Origin: Octopus vulgaris
Taxonomy: Eukaryota
Assembly (NCBI GenBank): GCA_951406725.2
Contig: OX597839.1
Location: 27,776,001 to 27,840,000 of the forward strand
Direction of reading: 5' to 3'
Length of the DNA: 64,000 bases
This document shows positions 37,952-51,572 of the stretch, piece after piece. A program made the position numbers and the translations under genes. Each line of letters opens with the position of its first letter. Position 1 is the first letter of the stretch. The notes under the pieces were generated by a model that saw only the letters and a list, made by a program, of their open reading frames with translations, was not told the DNA's origin and did no database searches.

Positions 37952-38389
37952 CAGTACCTACTTTATTCAGCTCTATCTCTCTAAGCTTTGAGTTATTTCT
38001 CTCACATTTCTTTCAAGTATTGGCTGCCAACACACCCATTATAAGCAGTTATCCCCCCATCAAGTCCCCTGTATACACACACACACCTCTTCTAGTTGTG
38101 GCCAAACACACCTTTTTTAAGCAATCATCTTCCCAGTCAACACACACACACACACATCCCTCCAGTGTCTGACACACCTTTTACAAGCAGTCATCTTCAC
38201 ACACACACACAAGCACATACAAACTGACACACACATTCATTTCCCCAATATCCAACACTTTTACAAGCAGTCATCATCACATACACACACACACATGCAC
38301 TCACATAAACACACACACACATGCACTAACATGCACACACACACACGGCTCTCCAGTAACTGACACACCTTCTCACACATGCACTCACA

Positions 38390-38423
<34 letters not shown>

Positions 38424-38741
38424 AACATACAAATTGACACACATTCACACACTCACACACACACACAGTTCCCAGCAGCTGCAAACACACCCTTTTCAAA
38501 CCGTCATACACACACACACTTCCAAGTAGTGACCACCACACCCATTACAAGTAATGTTAGATGAATGACCGTAACGTAGGTAAATTCCAATCACCAATTG
38601 TATAACATAAAACTCTGAGTGATGTAACCCTGTAATGTTCGGGGGAGTGGTTAGGCAAGACCTGTTGGCCATACTGGAGTCACTTCCCAATATGTTCCAA
38701 GTTCAAATCCCACTGGGACCAATTAGGCATTTCATCGATAT

Positions 38742-38957
38742 TCTTTTATTTGTTTCAGTCATTTGACTGTGGCTATGCTGGAGCAATGCCTTTAGTTGAA
38801 CAAATCAACCACAGAACTTATTCTTTATAAGCCTAGCACTTATGCTATCAGTCTTTTTTCTTGAACCGCTAAGTTACAGGTACGTAAACACATTAACATC
38901 AGTTGTCAGGCAATGATGGTGGGGGCCAAACACAGACACACAAATACATACATACAT

Positions 38958-39003
<46 letters not shown>

Positions 39004-39279
39004 TATATAAATGAGGGTGAAAAATTGATATTAATTTAATAATACCATTAATTTAACACCAAGTGGCTTAGCACAAAAAACTAGGGAGAAAATACAAAAT
39101 ATATATACATATATTCGACAGTCTTCTTTCAGTTTCCATCTACCAAATCCATTCAGAAGGCTTTGGTCAGCCCAAAGCTATTGCAGGAGACACTTGCCCA
39201 AGGTACCACACAGTGGAACTGAACCCGGAACCATGTGGTTGAGAAGTAAGGTTCTTACCACACAGCCACTCCTGCGCCT
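38742..39279 (-). mobile_element. SINE-A with an AT-rich insert in its microsatellite
   Basis: Family match on both sides of 39000-39100. Confidence 0.85.
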
Positions 39280-39563
39280 ATATAAAAATAAAGAAATGCG
39301 AAGGATGACTAGCAAAGTAGGGCATGCAGTGCACATATGCCGCTCAGAGAGGTTGGGGGGTGGGTCAGATTTCCAAGTGTTCCACCCTCCCCCATTTTCC
39401 ATGGAAGTTGTTGTATTATATGCTTTGAGATATTGGGAGTCTGAAAGTGGAAATAGTTTTCACCCTATGATGCACCGTTTTGAGAGTAGTTACACGCAAA
39501 TGTTTCCAAAATATATACAGGAATCCCAGGATTAGCGTGCAAAACAATTTTTGAGACTGCCCC

Positions 39564-40270
39564 TTAACCCTTTTGTTACCAACCCAGCTGAAACTGCCTC
39601 TGGCTCTGTTTTCATAAGTTTTGAATTAAAATCTTCCACCAAACTTTAGTCACAATTTATGTTCCTAACACTAGCTTAATGACAACTAAGTTATTTTACT
39701 AAATTCTTTGTTTAATTGAAAGAAACAGAGCATCTCAACAGAAATATGGTAACAAAAGGGTTTAAGACAGTCAGTCAAAAGTGTCTTCAATTTGCACAAG
39801 ATTTGGCTGCTATTTCTAACAAATGAAACAAAATCTGCAAATTAACCCCTTTGATACCAACCTAGCTGAAACCATTTCTAGCTCTGTAGTACAAATGTCT
39901 TGTTTTCAAAAGTTCTGAATTAAAATCTTCCACCAAACCTTAGTCACAATTTATGTTCCTAACACTAGCTTAATGATAACTAAGTTAATTTACTAAATTC
40001 TTTGTTATATTTAAAATTAATTGAAAGAAACTCAGAGCATCTCAAAAGAAATATGGTAAGAAAAGGGTTAAAGACAGTCAGTCAAATGTGTTTTCAATTT
40101 GACTGAAGTCGAACATCTGTGTGAAACAAAATCTGCAAATATACCCTTTTTATGTTCCTAACACTAGCTTAATGATAGTGAAGTTATTTTACTAAATTCT
40201 TTGTTATATTCAAAATTAATTGAAAGAAACACAGAGCACCTCAAAATAAATACACTAATGAAAGGGTTAA
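39564..40270. mobile_element. piggyBac-like MITE in tandem triplication with its flank
   Basis: ttaacccttttgttacc...ggtaacaaaagggtttaa; the spacer gacagtcagtcaaa...gaaacaaaatctgcaaa is repeated. Confidence 0.8.
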
Positions 40271-40644
40271 TATAAGCAGTGTCAGATTTGATTAGCTCAT
40301 TTCAATAAGTGCTTATTTGTTTTTTGTTTTTTTTTGTGCAAACCCTTTGAAGCATTGGCAACCCCTCATCTTCAGTTCCACCCCAATCCTTCATGCAAAA
40401 GGTTGTATGCCACACCTACAACTGCTCAACTAGTATATTCAAGATAAATCAACAAAACTCCTTGAAATTCTATCAAAAGTCATGTAGTTGTCTGATTTTT
40501 TTTCTTTTCTGATGAGTTTATGAAAAAGATCTGGACTCCCTTTATTTTTGTAAAATTTATTATCAAGCTTTTCACCTGTAAATTACCTCTCAAAAACTTT
40601 GAAACAGAAATACTCCCATTTCTAATATCATAGCCATATTGATG

Positions 40645-41183
40645 CAGTGAGCTGGCAAAGTTGTTAGCAAGCCAGACGAAATACTTTGCAATATTTCACC
40701 TGCACTTGCACACTGAGTTCAAATTCCACCTGGGTCAACTTTGCCTTTTATCTGTTCAGGGTCGATAACTTAAGTACCAAATATTCTTTTCTACTCCAGA
40801 CACAAGGCCTGAAATTATTGGAGAGGTGTCCAGTCATTTAGATCAACTGGTATTTTATTGACCCCCAAAAGGATGAAAGGCAAATTCGACCTCAGCAGAA
40901 TTTGAACTCAGAACGTAAAGGCAGACGAAATTTCGCTAAGCATTTCGCCCAGTGTGCTAATGTTTCTGCCAGCTTGCCACCTTAGAATGAAAAAATATTC
41001 TTTTCTACTCTAGGCACAAGGCCCAAAATTTTTGGAGAGGGGGCCAGTTGATTAGATTGACCCCAGTGTGCAACTGGTACTTCATTGATCGACCCCAAAA
41101 GGATGAACTCAGAATGTAAAGACAGACGAAATACCACTAAGCATTTCGCCCGACATGCTAACATTTCTGCCAGCTCACCACCT
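40645..41183. mobile_element. Three SINE-B copies (one +, two -) with the alternative tail
   Basis: attctttt.tactc.ag.cacaaggcc tail at ~40783 and ~40998. Confidence 0.82.
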
Positions 41184-41839
41184 TAAATTAAGTACTAAGT
41201 ATTATAAAAGAATTGATATCTATGCCAGTGTAAAAATATCCTTACCATTATTACTGATTGACTCCCAAAGGTCTGTGGAACCCTAGTTGGATGCACTAGC
41301 ATAGAGGCTCCCTTAAGTAGTCATGAATAAGGACCAACACCCTGTGCGTCATTCCTTTTCCATGAAAGCACTGTGTAATTTGCTGGAGATTTTGCTGCTA
41401 TTTCTAGTAGGTTGAACGATTGCATAGGGACTTGGTTGGTTGGTTGGCATCCTTTCTGTTTTGGGAGACAATGGAGTTGCGCATAAAGTAGTCTAGTCCG
41501 GCTTTTATATTTCATGTCCTGATACATTTCCTGCTGTGGCTGTGTAGACTACCCTGTTGTAATTTATAAGTTGTGGGTGTGATAGAGATGGCAATTTTGA
41601 TCATGATGGTTGCGGTGCTACTGCTGCTGTGGAGAGGAAACAGAGGTGTGAACGGTTTACTTATCTGGGTTTTTTAATCTTTTTTTCTTTTTCCTGTTTC
41701 TTTCATTTTTTTCTTTTTTCACATGAATCAGTTTCTCCATTTCTGTTGTGAGTCAGTGGCCCAGTTTAATTGATGAATGAATAAACGGTTTGGAGTTTCT
41801 TGATGGGTGGAGATACCCTGGTGTTGTTGTTGTTGTTGT

Positions 41840-42510
41840 TGAGGAGGAGGATGGCGACGATGATGATGATGGCAACAGTGATGATAGTGGTGGTGGTGGT
41901 GGTGGTGGTGGTGATAATGTGGGTGATGATGCTGATGATAATGAGGCGGAAGAGGAGGAGAAGGAGTAGGACGATGATGATTAGGAGTATGAAGATGGTG
42001 ATGAGGATGATGATCATCGTCATCATCATGGTGATGATGAAGTTGAGGAGAAGGAGGAGGAAGAGGAGGATGACGATGGTGATCATGATGATGACACTGA
42101 TAACAATGATGAAAATGATGACGATGATGATGGTGATGATGAAGTTGAGGAGGAGGAGGAGGATGTCGATGGTGATGATGATGACACTGATAACAATGAT
42201 GAAAATGATGACGATGATGATGGTGATGATGAAGTTGAGGAGGAGGAGGAAGGGGAGGATGATGACACTGATAACAATGATGACGATGATGATGGTGATG
42301 ATGAAGTTGAGTAGGAGGAGGAGGAGGATGACGATGGTGATGATGATGACACTGATAACAATGATGAAAATGATGACGATGATGATGGTGATGATGAAGT
42401 TGAGGAGGAGGAGGAGGTGGAAGGGGAGGATGACGATGGTGATGATGATGACGACAACGACAATTATGATGAAAATGATAGTGATGATGATGATGATGAC
42501 GATGACAGCA
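41840..42510. repeat. (GAT/GAG) tract with ~80-100-bp higher-order units
   Basis: Recurrent gatgaagttgagg and gacactgataacaatgatg anchors. Confidence 0.92.
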
Positions 42511-43054
42511 AGAGTGGTGTTAGATAAATCACTACTTTTACTTATTTGATCATTGATGAATATTGAACGTTGTCAGAGTTATGGATGTGAGGAACAGCTG
42601 CAGCATGGTGTCGCCATCTGGTGTGGAACAGAATGGAATGGTATGGTATGGAATGGTGTGGATTGATAGACAGTAGTGTGGTGCGGTGAAGGGGTTGGGT
42701 GTGGCATGGAATGGTATGGCTGTGGGGTTTATATTAATTACTACATGAATTCAAAATAACGATGTCTGATCTTCGTGTTATTGACAGCATCCTTAAACGC
42801 TGATTAGATTGGCCACTCATGGGGCACTTGAGCACCATTGTCGTCACCATCAAGCTCAGCATCCTCATCTTCATCGTCATCGCTGTCATCACCATCATAA
42901 TCACTTTTGTAGTCGTCATTAGCATCATTGCTATCGTCATCGACATCATCATCATCATCATCATCACCATGCTTTTAGCAGATTCATGTGTGGTGCACCC
43001 CTATGTTCCTGAGGGGTGTGAACAGTATTGCTATATGTAAAATATAGAACTGTG

Positions 43055-43099
<45 letters not shown>

Positions 43100-43100
43100 G

Positions 43101-43133
<33 letters not shown>

Positions 43134-43142
43134 CATATATAC

Positions 43143-43192
<50 letters not shown>

Positions 43193-43734
43193 ATATATAT
43201 ATACACACACACACATATATACATATATATGTTTATATATATATATATATGTATATACATATATATGTGTGTGTGTATGTATATATATGTGTTTATATAT
43301 AGAGACACACAGACAGACAGACAAACAGAGATAGATGCACACACACACACACACATATATTGCATCCTTTTTTATTTTCTTAAGTGGGGTTTGTTGTGTT
43401 GCTTCTGGTGTTACTTTGATGTTTCATCTGTTTGTAATGTGAGTTGTGTCTGATTGGTGATTGTGCGAGGGCACGTGCTTTCTCTGTTTGGATTGTGTAA
43501 TATGATTGCACAGCAATCAATCATTTAAAATATGAGTTGTGGTGCAGGCTGTTGTTGTTGTTGTTGTTGTTGTTAGTGGTGTTGGTGGATAGGATTGTGT
43601 TATAGTAAAGAGTGTCTTATATAAGGGAGTGTTACTTTATTGTTTGATGTTTATGTGGATTATTCGGTTAGAGTTATATTATTTGGTGGTTATGGTGTAA
43701 AATATGGGTTGTGTGATTTATACATTATTATTAT

Positions 43735-44289
43735 TGAGTGAGAGAGCAGTGCATGCCATCAAAGTGACACTGGGGTAAAATATACAAAGCCCAATATACC
43801 CATCATGACTACCCGTCTGATAAGGGTACACCTGGCACATGCATCACAACCATATGTGCGCGACATGGTGATCTCATATCAAGATAAACAGCACATGACC
43901 TTGCAGGTGGGGCCCAATTAGAATTTTCTTCAGGTCGAGTAACCCATCCCGCTCAAAAGGTCCCTGAATAAGGGTTGGTTAAGGATGTTGAACGAAACAC
44001 CCATGTTTTCAGAGGTGAATCATTCAAACCCCAAAGAATCCCTCTCAACACATGGCTATGATGCTCCCCCACTACTTCTGCTCGTAATCAGAGATGCACA
44101 TATCGTCAGCCACTAAGGGACATGCTCAACTGGTTAAGGTCAAACAACTGACAAGCAAATCTGTGGTATTGAGCAGAATATTTGCTGTAGCCCATCTTTT
44201 ATGCCAAGACAAAACAATGTACATGATAACACTTCCGATCAGTTAAGATCAGAAGCCATGAGAGCCACTGCCTGGTACTGCATCAGGGC
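43735..44289 (-). mobile_element. Element F, full copy in (ATT)n
   Basis: Reverse complement of 19116-19670 with the same ends. Confidence 0.85.
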
Positions 44290-44293
44290 ATTT

Positions 44294-44354
<61 letters not shown>

Positions 44355-44356
<2 letters not shown>

Positions 44357-44990
44357 GGCAGCAAGCTGGCAGGATCGTTAGCGCACCAAGCAAAATGCTA
44401 AGCAGTATTCTCCAGATCTTGCTTCTTCTCATTATCCCTTGTTTTGGGGCCTACAGAATTATTTGAATGGTCTTAGGTCAGAGTTCAAATCCTACAAGGG
44501 TCAAATTTGCTTTTCATCCTTCCAGGGTCAATAAAATAAAGAACCAATCAAGTACTGGGGTTGATGCAATCAGCTACCCCAGGGGTGGGAGCTGTCCGGT
44601 TAAGATTAAGAAGTTTGTTTCCCAACTGCATGGTTCTGGATTCAGTCCCAATGCATGGCACCTTGATCAAGTGTCTTACTACATCCCTGGGCTGACCAAA
44701 GTCCTCTGAATGAATTTGGTAGACTAAAACTGAAGAAGCCCCTTGTATGTGTATATGTGCGTATATCTTTATATCTGTTTGTTCCCCACCACTACCACTT
44801 CACAACTGGTGTTAGTTTGTTTATGGCCCTATGACTTAGCAGTTCAGTAAAAGAAACTGATAGAATAAGTACCAAACTTCAGGAAAAAAATAAATAAATG
44901 CAGGGATGGATTCGTTTGATTAAAATTGCTTCAAGGCACTGTTCCAGCATGGTCGTGGTCTAATGACTGAAACCGGTAAAAGATAAAAGA
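44355..44990 (+). mobile_element. Old SINE-B followed by an old SINE-A-like copy
   Basis: Degenerate family motifs. Confidence 0.65.
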
Positions 44991-45196
44991 TATATGTGTG
45001 TGTGTGTACGTGCACACATGTGTATATGCTTGTGTGTGTGTGCATGCGTATATGTGTTTGTGTCCCATGTTGACATCATGTGATTGTCGTAGACGAGTGT
45101 CACTGTCACACTGGCAGTGTCACCCATTTCCAACATTCTGTGAGAACGTGTCTGGTCCTGGTGGGGTGGGGTGGGGTGTTGGTAATATTACACAAA

Positions 45197-47303
45197 AGGC
45201 GGCAAGCTGGCAGAAACGTTAGCACGCCGGGCGAAATGCTTAGCGGTATTTCGTCTGCCGTTACGTTGTGAATTCAAATTCCGCCGAGGTCGACTTTGCC
45301 TTTCATCCTTTCGGGGTCGATAAATTAAGTACCAGTTGCGCACTGGGGTCGATGTAATCGACTTAATACCTATGTCTGTCCTTGTTTGTCCCCTCTGTGT
45401 TTGGCCCCTTGTGGGTAATAAAGAAATAGGTATTTCGTCTGCGTTACGTTGCGAGTTCAAATTCCGCCGAGGTCGACTTTGCCTTTCATCCTTTCGGGGT
45501 CGATAAATTAAGTACCAGTTGCGCACTGGGGTCGATGTAATCGACTTAATACCTATGTCTGTCCTTGTTTGTCCCATCTGTGTTTGGCCCCTTGTGGGTA
45601 ATAAAGAAATAGGTATTTCGTCTGCGTTACGTTGTGAGTTCAAATTCCGCCGAGGTCTACTTTGCCTTCCATCCTTTCGGGGTCGATAAATTAAGTACCA
45701 GTTATGCACTGGGGTCGATGTAATCGACTTAATACCTATGTCTGTCCTTGTTTGTCCCCTCTGTGTTTGTCCCCTTGTGGGTAATAAAGAAATAGGTATT
45801 TCATCTGCGTTACGTTGTGAGTTCAAATTCCGCCGAGGTCGACTTTGCCTTTCATCCTTTCGGGGTCGATAAATTAAGTACCAGTTGCGCACTGGGGTCG
45901 ATGTAATCGACTTAATACCTATGTCTGTCCTTGTTTGTCCCCTCTGTGTTTGGCCCCTTGTGGGTAATAAAGAAATAGGTATTTCGTCTGCGTTACGTTG
46001 TGAGTTCAAATTCCGCCGAGGTCGACTTTGCCTTTCATCCTTTCGGGGTCGATAAATTAAGTACCAGTTACGCACTGGGGTCGATGTAATCGACTTAATA
46101 CCTATGTCTGTCCTTGTTTGTCCCCTCTGTGTTTGGCCCCTTGTGGGTAATAAAGAAATAGGTATTTCATCTGCGTTACGTTGTGAGTTCAAATTCCGCC
46201 GAGGTCGACTTTGCCTTTCATCCTTTCGGGGTCGATAAATTAAGTACCAGTTGCGCACTGGGGTCGATGTAATCGACTTAATACCTATGTCTGTCCTTGT
46301 TTGTCCCCTCTGTGTTTGGCCCCTTGTGGGTAATAAAGAAATAGGTATTTCGTCTGCGTTACGTTGTGAGTTCAAATTCCGCCGAGGTCGACTTTGCCTT
46401 TCATCCTTTCGGGGTCGATAAATTAAGTACCAGTTACGCACTGGGGTCGATGTAATCGACTTAATACCTATGTCTGTCCTTGTTTGTCCCCTCTGTGTTT
46501 GGCCCCTTGTGGGTAATAAAGAAATAGGTATTTCGTCTGCGTTACGTTGTGAGTTCAAATTCCGCCGAGGTCGACTTTGCTTTTCATCCTTTCGGGGTAG
46601 ATAAATTAAGTACCAGTTACGCACTGGGGTCGATGTAATCGACTTAATACCTATGTCTGTCCTTGTTTGTCCCCTCTGTGTTTAGCCCCTTGTGGGTCGA
46701 TAAATTAAGTACCAGTTACGCACTGGGGTTGATGTAATCGACTTAATACCTATGTCTGTCCTTGTTTGTCCCCTCTGTGTTTAGCCCCTTGTGGGTTGAT
46801 AAATTAAGTACCAGTTACGCACTGGGGTCGATGTAATCGACTTAATACCTATGTCTGTCCTTGTTTGTCCCTTCTGTGTTTAGCCCCTTGTGGGTCGATA
46901 AATTAAGTACCAGTTACGCACTAGGGTCGATGTAATCGACTTAATACCTATGTCTGTCCTTGTTTGTCCCCTCTGTGTTTAGCCCCTTGTGGGTTGATAA
47001 ATTAAGTACCAGTTACGCACTGGGGTCGATGTAATCGACTTAATACCTATGTCTGTCCTTGTTTGTCCCCTCTGTGTTTAGCCCCTTGTGGGTCGATAAA
47101 TTAAGTACCAGTTACGCACTGGTGTCGATGTAATCGACTTAATACCTACGTCTGTCCTTGTTTGTCCCCTCTGTGTTTAGCCCCTTGTGGGTCGATAAAT
47201 TAAGTACCAGTTACGCACTGGGGTCGATGTAATCGACTTAATACCTATGTCTGTCCTTGTTTGTCCCCTCTGTGTTTAGCCCCTTGTGGGTAGTAAAGAA
47301 ATA
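45197..47303 (+). repeat. SINE-B-derived tandem array: head + 8 x 183 bp + 6 x 99 bp, within TSD ggtaatattac
   Basis: Unit starts at 45245, 45429, 45612, 45795, 45978, 46161, 46344, 46527, then 46694, 46793, 46892, 46991, 47090, 47189. TSD at 45181-45191 and 47304-47314. Confidence 0.95.
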
Positions 47304-47694
47304 GGTAATATTACCTCACTCGGGAACAGGTGAATGTTGGTGACTGGAAAGGCATCCGACTATAGGAAATCACCTGCTTCCACAAATTTCATCCGACCCA
47401 TGGCGAGGGTGGAAAAGTGGGGGATAAAAAGATAATGGAAAGGATGGTGATGATGATGATGATGTGTAGGTACCACAAGTTGCTTCTCATTGTAACATCA
47501 CCATGGTATCGAATGATATTGCTCTGATGATGAAATAACGAATCCTCATTAATATTGTTGTTGTTGTTCTTGTTGTGGTTGTTGTTGTGTTCGGTAAGAT
47601 TCTTAAGTGCATCCTTCACTTTTAATGACTTTCACTTAGGAGACAGAGTCATGGCTTACGTATGTATACTTACGTGATAATGTCCTTCAAATTA

Positions 47695-47840
47695 CATGTA
47701 CGTACATGCATACATACATATATATATACATACACACACATACATACATATATCTATATATATATATATATATATGTATGTGTATATATATATATATGTG
47801 TGTATGTGTATATATATATATATGTGTGTATGTGTATATG

Positions 47841-47892
<52 letters not shown>

Positions 47893-47974
47893 TACATATA
47901 TATATATATACACACACATACATACATATATATACATATATATACAAACATATATATACAAACATATATATATA

Positions 47975-48046
<72 letters not shown>

Positions 48047-48083
48047 CACATATATATATATATATACATACATACATATATAT

Positions 48084-48142
<59 letters not shown>

Positions 48143-48190
48143 TATATATATATGTTTGTATATATATGTATATATGTGTGTGTGTGTGTA
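47695..48190. repeat. (TA)/(CA) compound microsatellite
   Basis: Seen directly. Similar tracts at 13770-14250, 18080-18500, 33100-33530, 43055-43360 and 53720-54075. Confidence 0.97.
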
Positions 48191-48471
48191 TTTATATTCA
48201 TATGGAGATGGGGGGAGAGGAGCATGTCAAATGAGAGAGTTGGAGAAATGTGGGGGAGGGAAAATTATGGCATTTAACGGAGAGACTTAAACGAGGTTTC
48301 ATCAAAGAAAAGCCCCACTCACACCATCACCCGCACCACGGCAATTATATGAAAGATATGTCACTGTGGCCTCTCAGAGTCAAGTCATCCGACAGTAGTG
48401 TTAACGAGCCCAGGAAGCTACTTCATTCGGTTTTGTTTGACGATTCCACTGTTAATTATGTGTGTGTGTAT

Positions 48472-49444
48472 ACTCTTTTACTCTTTTACTTGTTTCAGTC
48501 ATTTGACTGCGGCCATGCTGGAGCACCGCCTTTAATCGAGCAACTCGACCTTGGGACTTATTCTTTTGTAAGCCCAGTACTTATTCTATCGGTCTCTTTT
48601 GCCGAACCGCTAAGTAACGGGGACATAAACACACCAGCATCGGTTGTCAAGCAATGCTAGGGGACAAACACAGACACACAAACACACACACGCATATATA
48701 TATATATACATATATACGACGGGCTTCTTTCAGTTTCCTTCTACCAAATCCACTCACAAGGCTTTGGTCGGCCCGAGGCTATAGAAGAAGACACTTGCCC
48801 AAGGTGCCACGCAGTGGGACTGAACCCGGAACCATGTGGCTGGTAGACAAGCTACTTACCACACAGCCACTCCTGCGCCTATATATACATAGATATGTGT
48901 ATATGTATCTGTGTATCTATGTATGCGTGTATGTCTGGAGATAAGTATGTAGGTAGGTATTCTCTTGCTTGTTTCAGTTGTTTGATTGCAGCCATGCTGG
49001 AGCACTGCTTCTAGTCGGACACATTGACCTCAGGACTCATTCTTCATAAGCCTAGTATTTATTCTATCGGTCACTTTTGCTGAATTGCTAAGTTACGGGG
49101 ATGTAAACACACCAACGTCAGTTGTCAAGTGATGGTGGGGGGACAAACACAGACACACGAATATACACACGCTCACACACACACACACACACATACACAC
49201 ACATATATTTATATATATGTTATACATACATATATAGGTGCAGAAGTGGCTGTGTGGTAAGAAGCTTGCTTCCCAACCACATGGTTCCTGGTTCAGTGCC
49301 AATGCTTGGCAACTTGGGCAACTGTCTTCTATTATAGCCTTGTGCCAACCAAATCTTTGTGAATGGGTTTGGTAGATGGAAACTGAAAGAAGCCCATCAT
49401 TTATATATATATATATCTATCTAGCATGGAAAGCGGACGTTAAA

Positions 49445-49502
<58 letters not shown>

Positions 49503-49655
49503 GTGTATATATATATATATGTAAATATATATATAAAAATATGTGTGTATGTGTATGTATGTATGTATTTGTGCGTGTGTGTGTTTGTCCTCCTACCATC
49601 GCTTGACAACCGATGTTGGTGTGTTTACATCCCTGTAACTTAGCGGTTCGGCAAT
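48472..49655. mobile_element. SINE-A cluster: full (-) 48472-48880, partial (-) 48962-49150, (+) 49237-49655
   Basis: Family matches. Confidence 0.88.
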
Positions 49656-50566
49656 GGAGAACACAAAATATGCCTGAACTGTCACACAGCAGCCTATGAT
49701 ATTTTAACTTGTAGAGCAGTGCCATAGCACACTGTTGTGACAAAGCTACGTGTGCCACAGTGTAACTTGAATATAATTTTTTTCCCTATACTTTTAGTTA
49801 TGCTTTGAGTCCATGTGTACCACAAAATTTTGAAAAGGTTGCTGAGCACAGTTAGGAAGTAACACTGGGGAGTAACCCCTTGGTTAGGTTTTATGCAGTT
49901 TTATGGGTTCTTTGTTTTTTGAGGAAGATATTCTTCTAATGTAGTAGCCATAGAGCATGGGGGAGGATGGGGGTAGAAGAGGATGTGACCTGCATAAATC
50001 TCCAACACAGTTTTTTAAAGTACAATTACAGTGGTCATCATATGAAATTAGCAGTGGTCAGCCAGTGCAATTTCAATATATTTGCAAGTTTAGCATATCT
50101 CAGATGTAATTATTACTGGATTATCATCAGTAGATGAACAGATTATAGATTGTTGTGTGTGTGCGTGTGCATGTGTGTGTATATAAAAATATGTGTGTGT
50201 GATATATGCATATATATATAGGTATATATGTGTGTGTGCATATAAAAATGTGTGTGATATATACATATATATAGATGTTTGTGTGTGTGTGTACGTGCAT
50301 GTGTGTATATAAAAATATGTATGATATATGCATATATATATATAGGTATATACGTGTGTGTGCATATAAAAATATGTGTTATATATATAAGTATATATAT
50401 ATATATATGTGGTACACATGGACTCAAAGCATATATATATATATAGGTATGTGTGTGTGTGAATATGTGTGTATGTGTCTGTTTGTTAAGAGGTGAATAT
50501 ATTTATTTAACCACTTGATATCCGTAGGATTTCTCCTCAGGAAATAATTTATACATTGTTATTATT

Positions 50567-51175
50567 ATGTATGAGAGCAATGCATACCATCAAAGTGACA
50601 CAGGGGTACAAATATACAAAGCCCAGTATACCCATCATGACTGCCCGTCTGATAAGGGTACACCAGGCACATGCATCACAACCATATGTGCACGACATAT
50701 GTGCAAAGGCGGCGCGCTGGCAGAAACTTTAGCACGCCGGGTGAAATGCGTTGCCGTATTTCGTCTGCCGTTACGTTCCCAGTTCAAATTCCGCCTAGGT
50801 TGACTTTGCCTTTCATCCTTTCAGGGTCGATAAATTAAGTACCAGTTACGCACTGGGGTCGATGTAATCGACTTAATCCCTTTGTCTGTCCTTGTTTGTC
50901 TCCTCTGTGTTTAGCCCCTTGTGGGTAGTAAAGAAATATATGTGCACGACATGGTGATCTCATATCAAGATAAACAGCGCATAATCTTGCAGGTGGGGCC
51001 CAGTTAGAATTTTCTTCAGGTCGAGTAACCCATCCTGCTCAAAAGGTCCCTGAATAAGGGTTGTTTAAGGTTGTTGAACAAAACACCCATGTTTCCAGAG
51101 CTGAATTATCGAAATCCCAAAGAATTCTTCTCAGCCCATGGCTATGATGCTCCCCGACTACTTCTGCTCATGATC
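50567..51175 (-). mobile_element. Element F, 5'-truncated, interrupted by a SINE-B (+, 50707-50937; TSD atatgtgcacgacat)
   Basis: F sequence is continuous across the insertion. Confidence 0.85.
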
Positions 51176-51244
51176 ATTAATGGTAATGATATTTTATTTA
51201 ATTTTATATTGTACTGACTCATTTTATGTTCATTTTTGAATGTT

Positions 51245-51572
51245 ATCATCATCATCATCATTTACCATGGAATTTACCATGCTACGCCAGACTTCACGGT
51301 CCATCATGGCATTACGGAGGTCCTGTTGCTGGATTCCTGTATCCCTGGAGATTACATCAGGGTAGGAGAGTGTGCGCCCTCTGGTATTGCGAGTAGATAG
51401 CTTCCAGGGGAGAAGAGTAGAAATTACTTCTTTTTCAGCTCTACAACAATGTCCAGCAAACTGGACTCTCCTACCTTTCACAAGAGATGACACAGGTGGT
51501 AATTTCCCATATATTTGCATTTTGGTTGGATGGCGCTTCCACGAGAGATTTTGAGCTCTCATAAGGAGACGA
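51245..51572 (-). pseudogene. RTE-clade LINE 3' end (C-terminal ORF fragment with (GAT)n tail)
   Basis: LSWKRHPT..IYGKLPPVS..RRVQFAGHCCR..AMMDREVWR is typical of RTE C-termini. Confidence 0.88.

Noticed and set aside
41800-42549. Met/Arg-rich ORF or acidic D/E-rich protein
   Set aside because: Simple-repeat origin; the acidic frame contains TAG stops.
45188-46624. 478-aa ORF with 61-aa repeats
   Set aside because: Antisense reading of the 183-bp SINE unit, open only because the period is divisible by 3.
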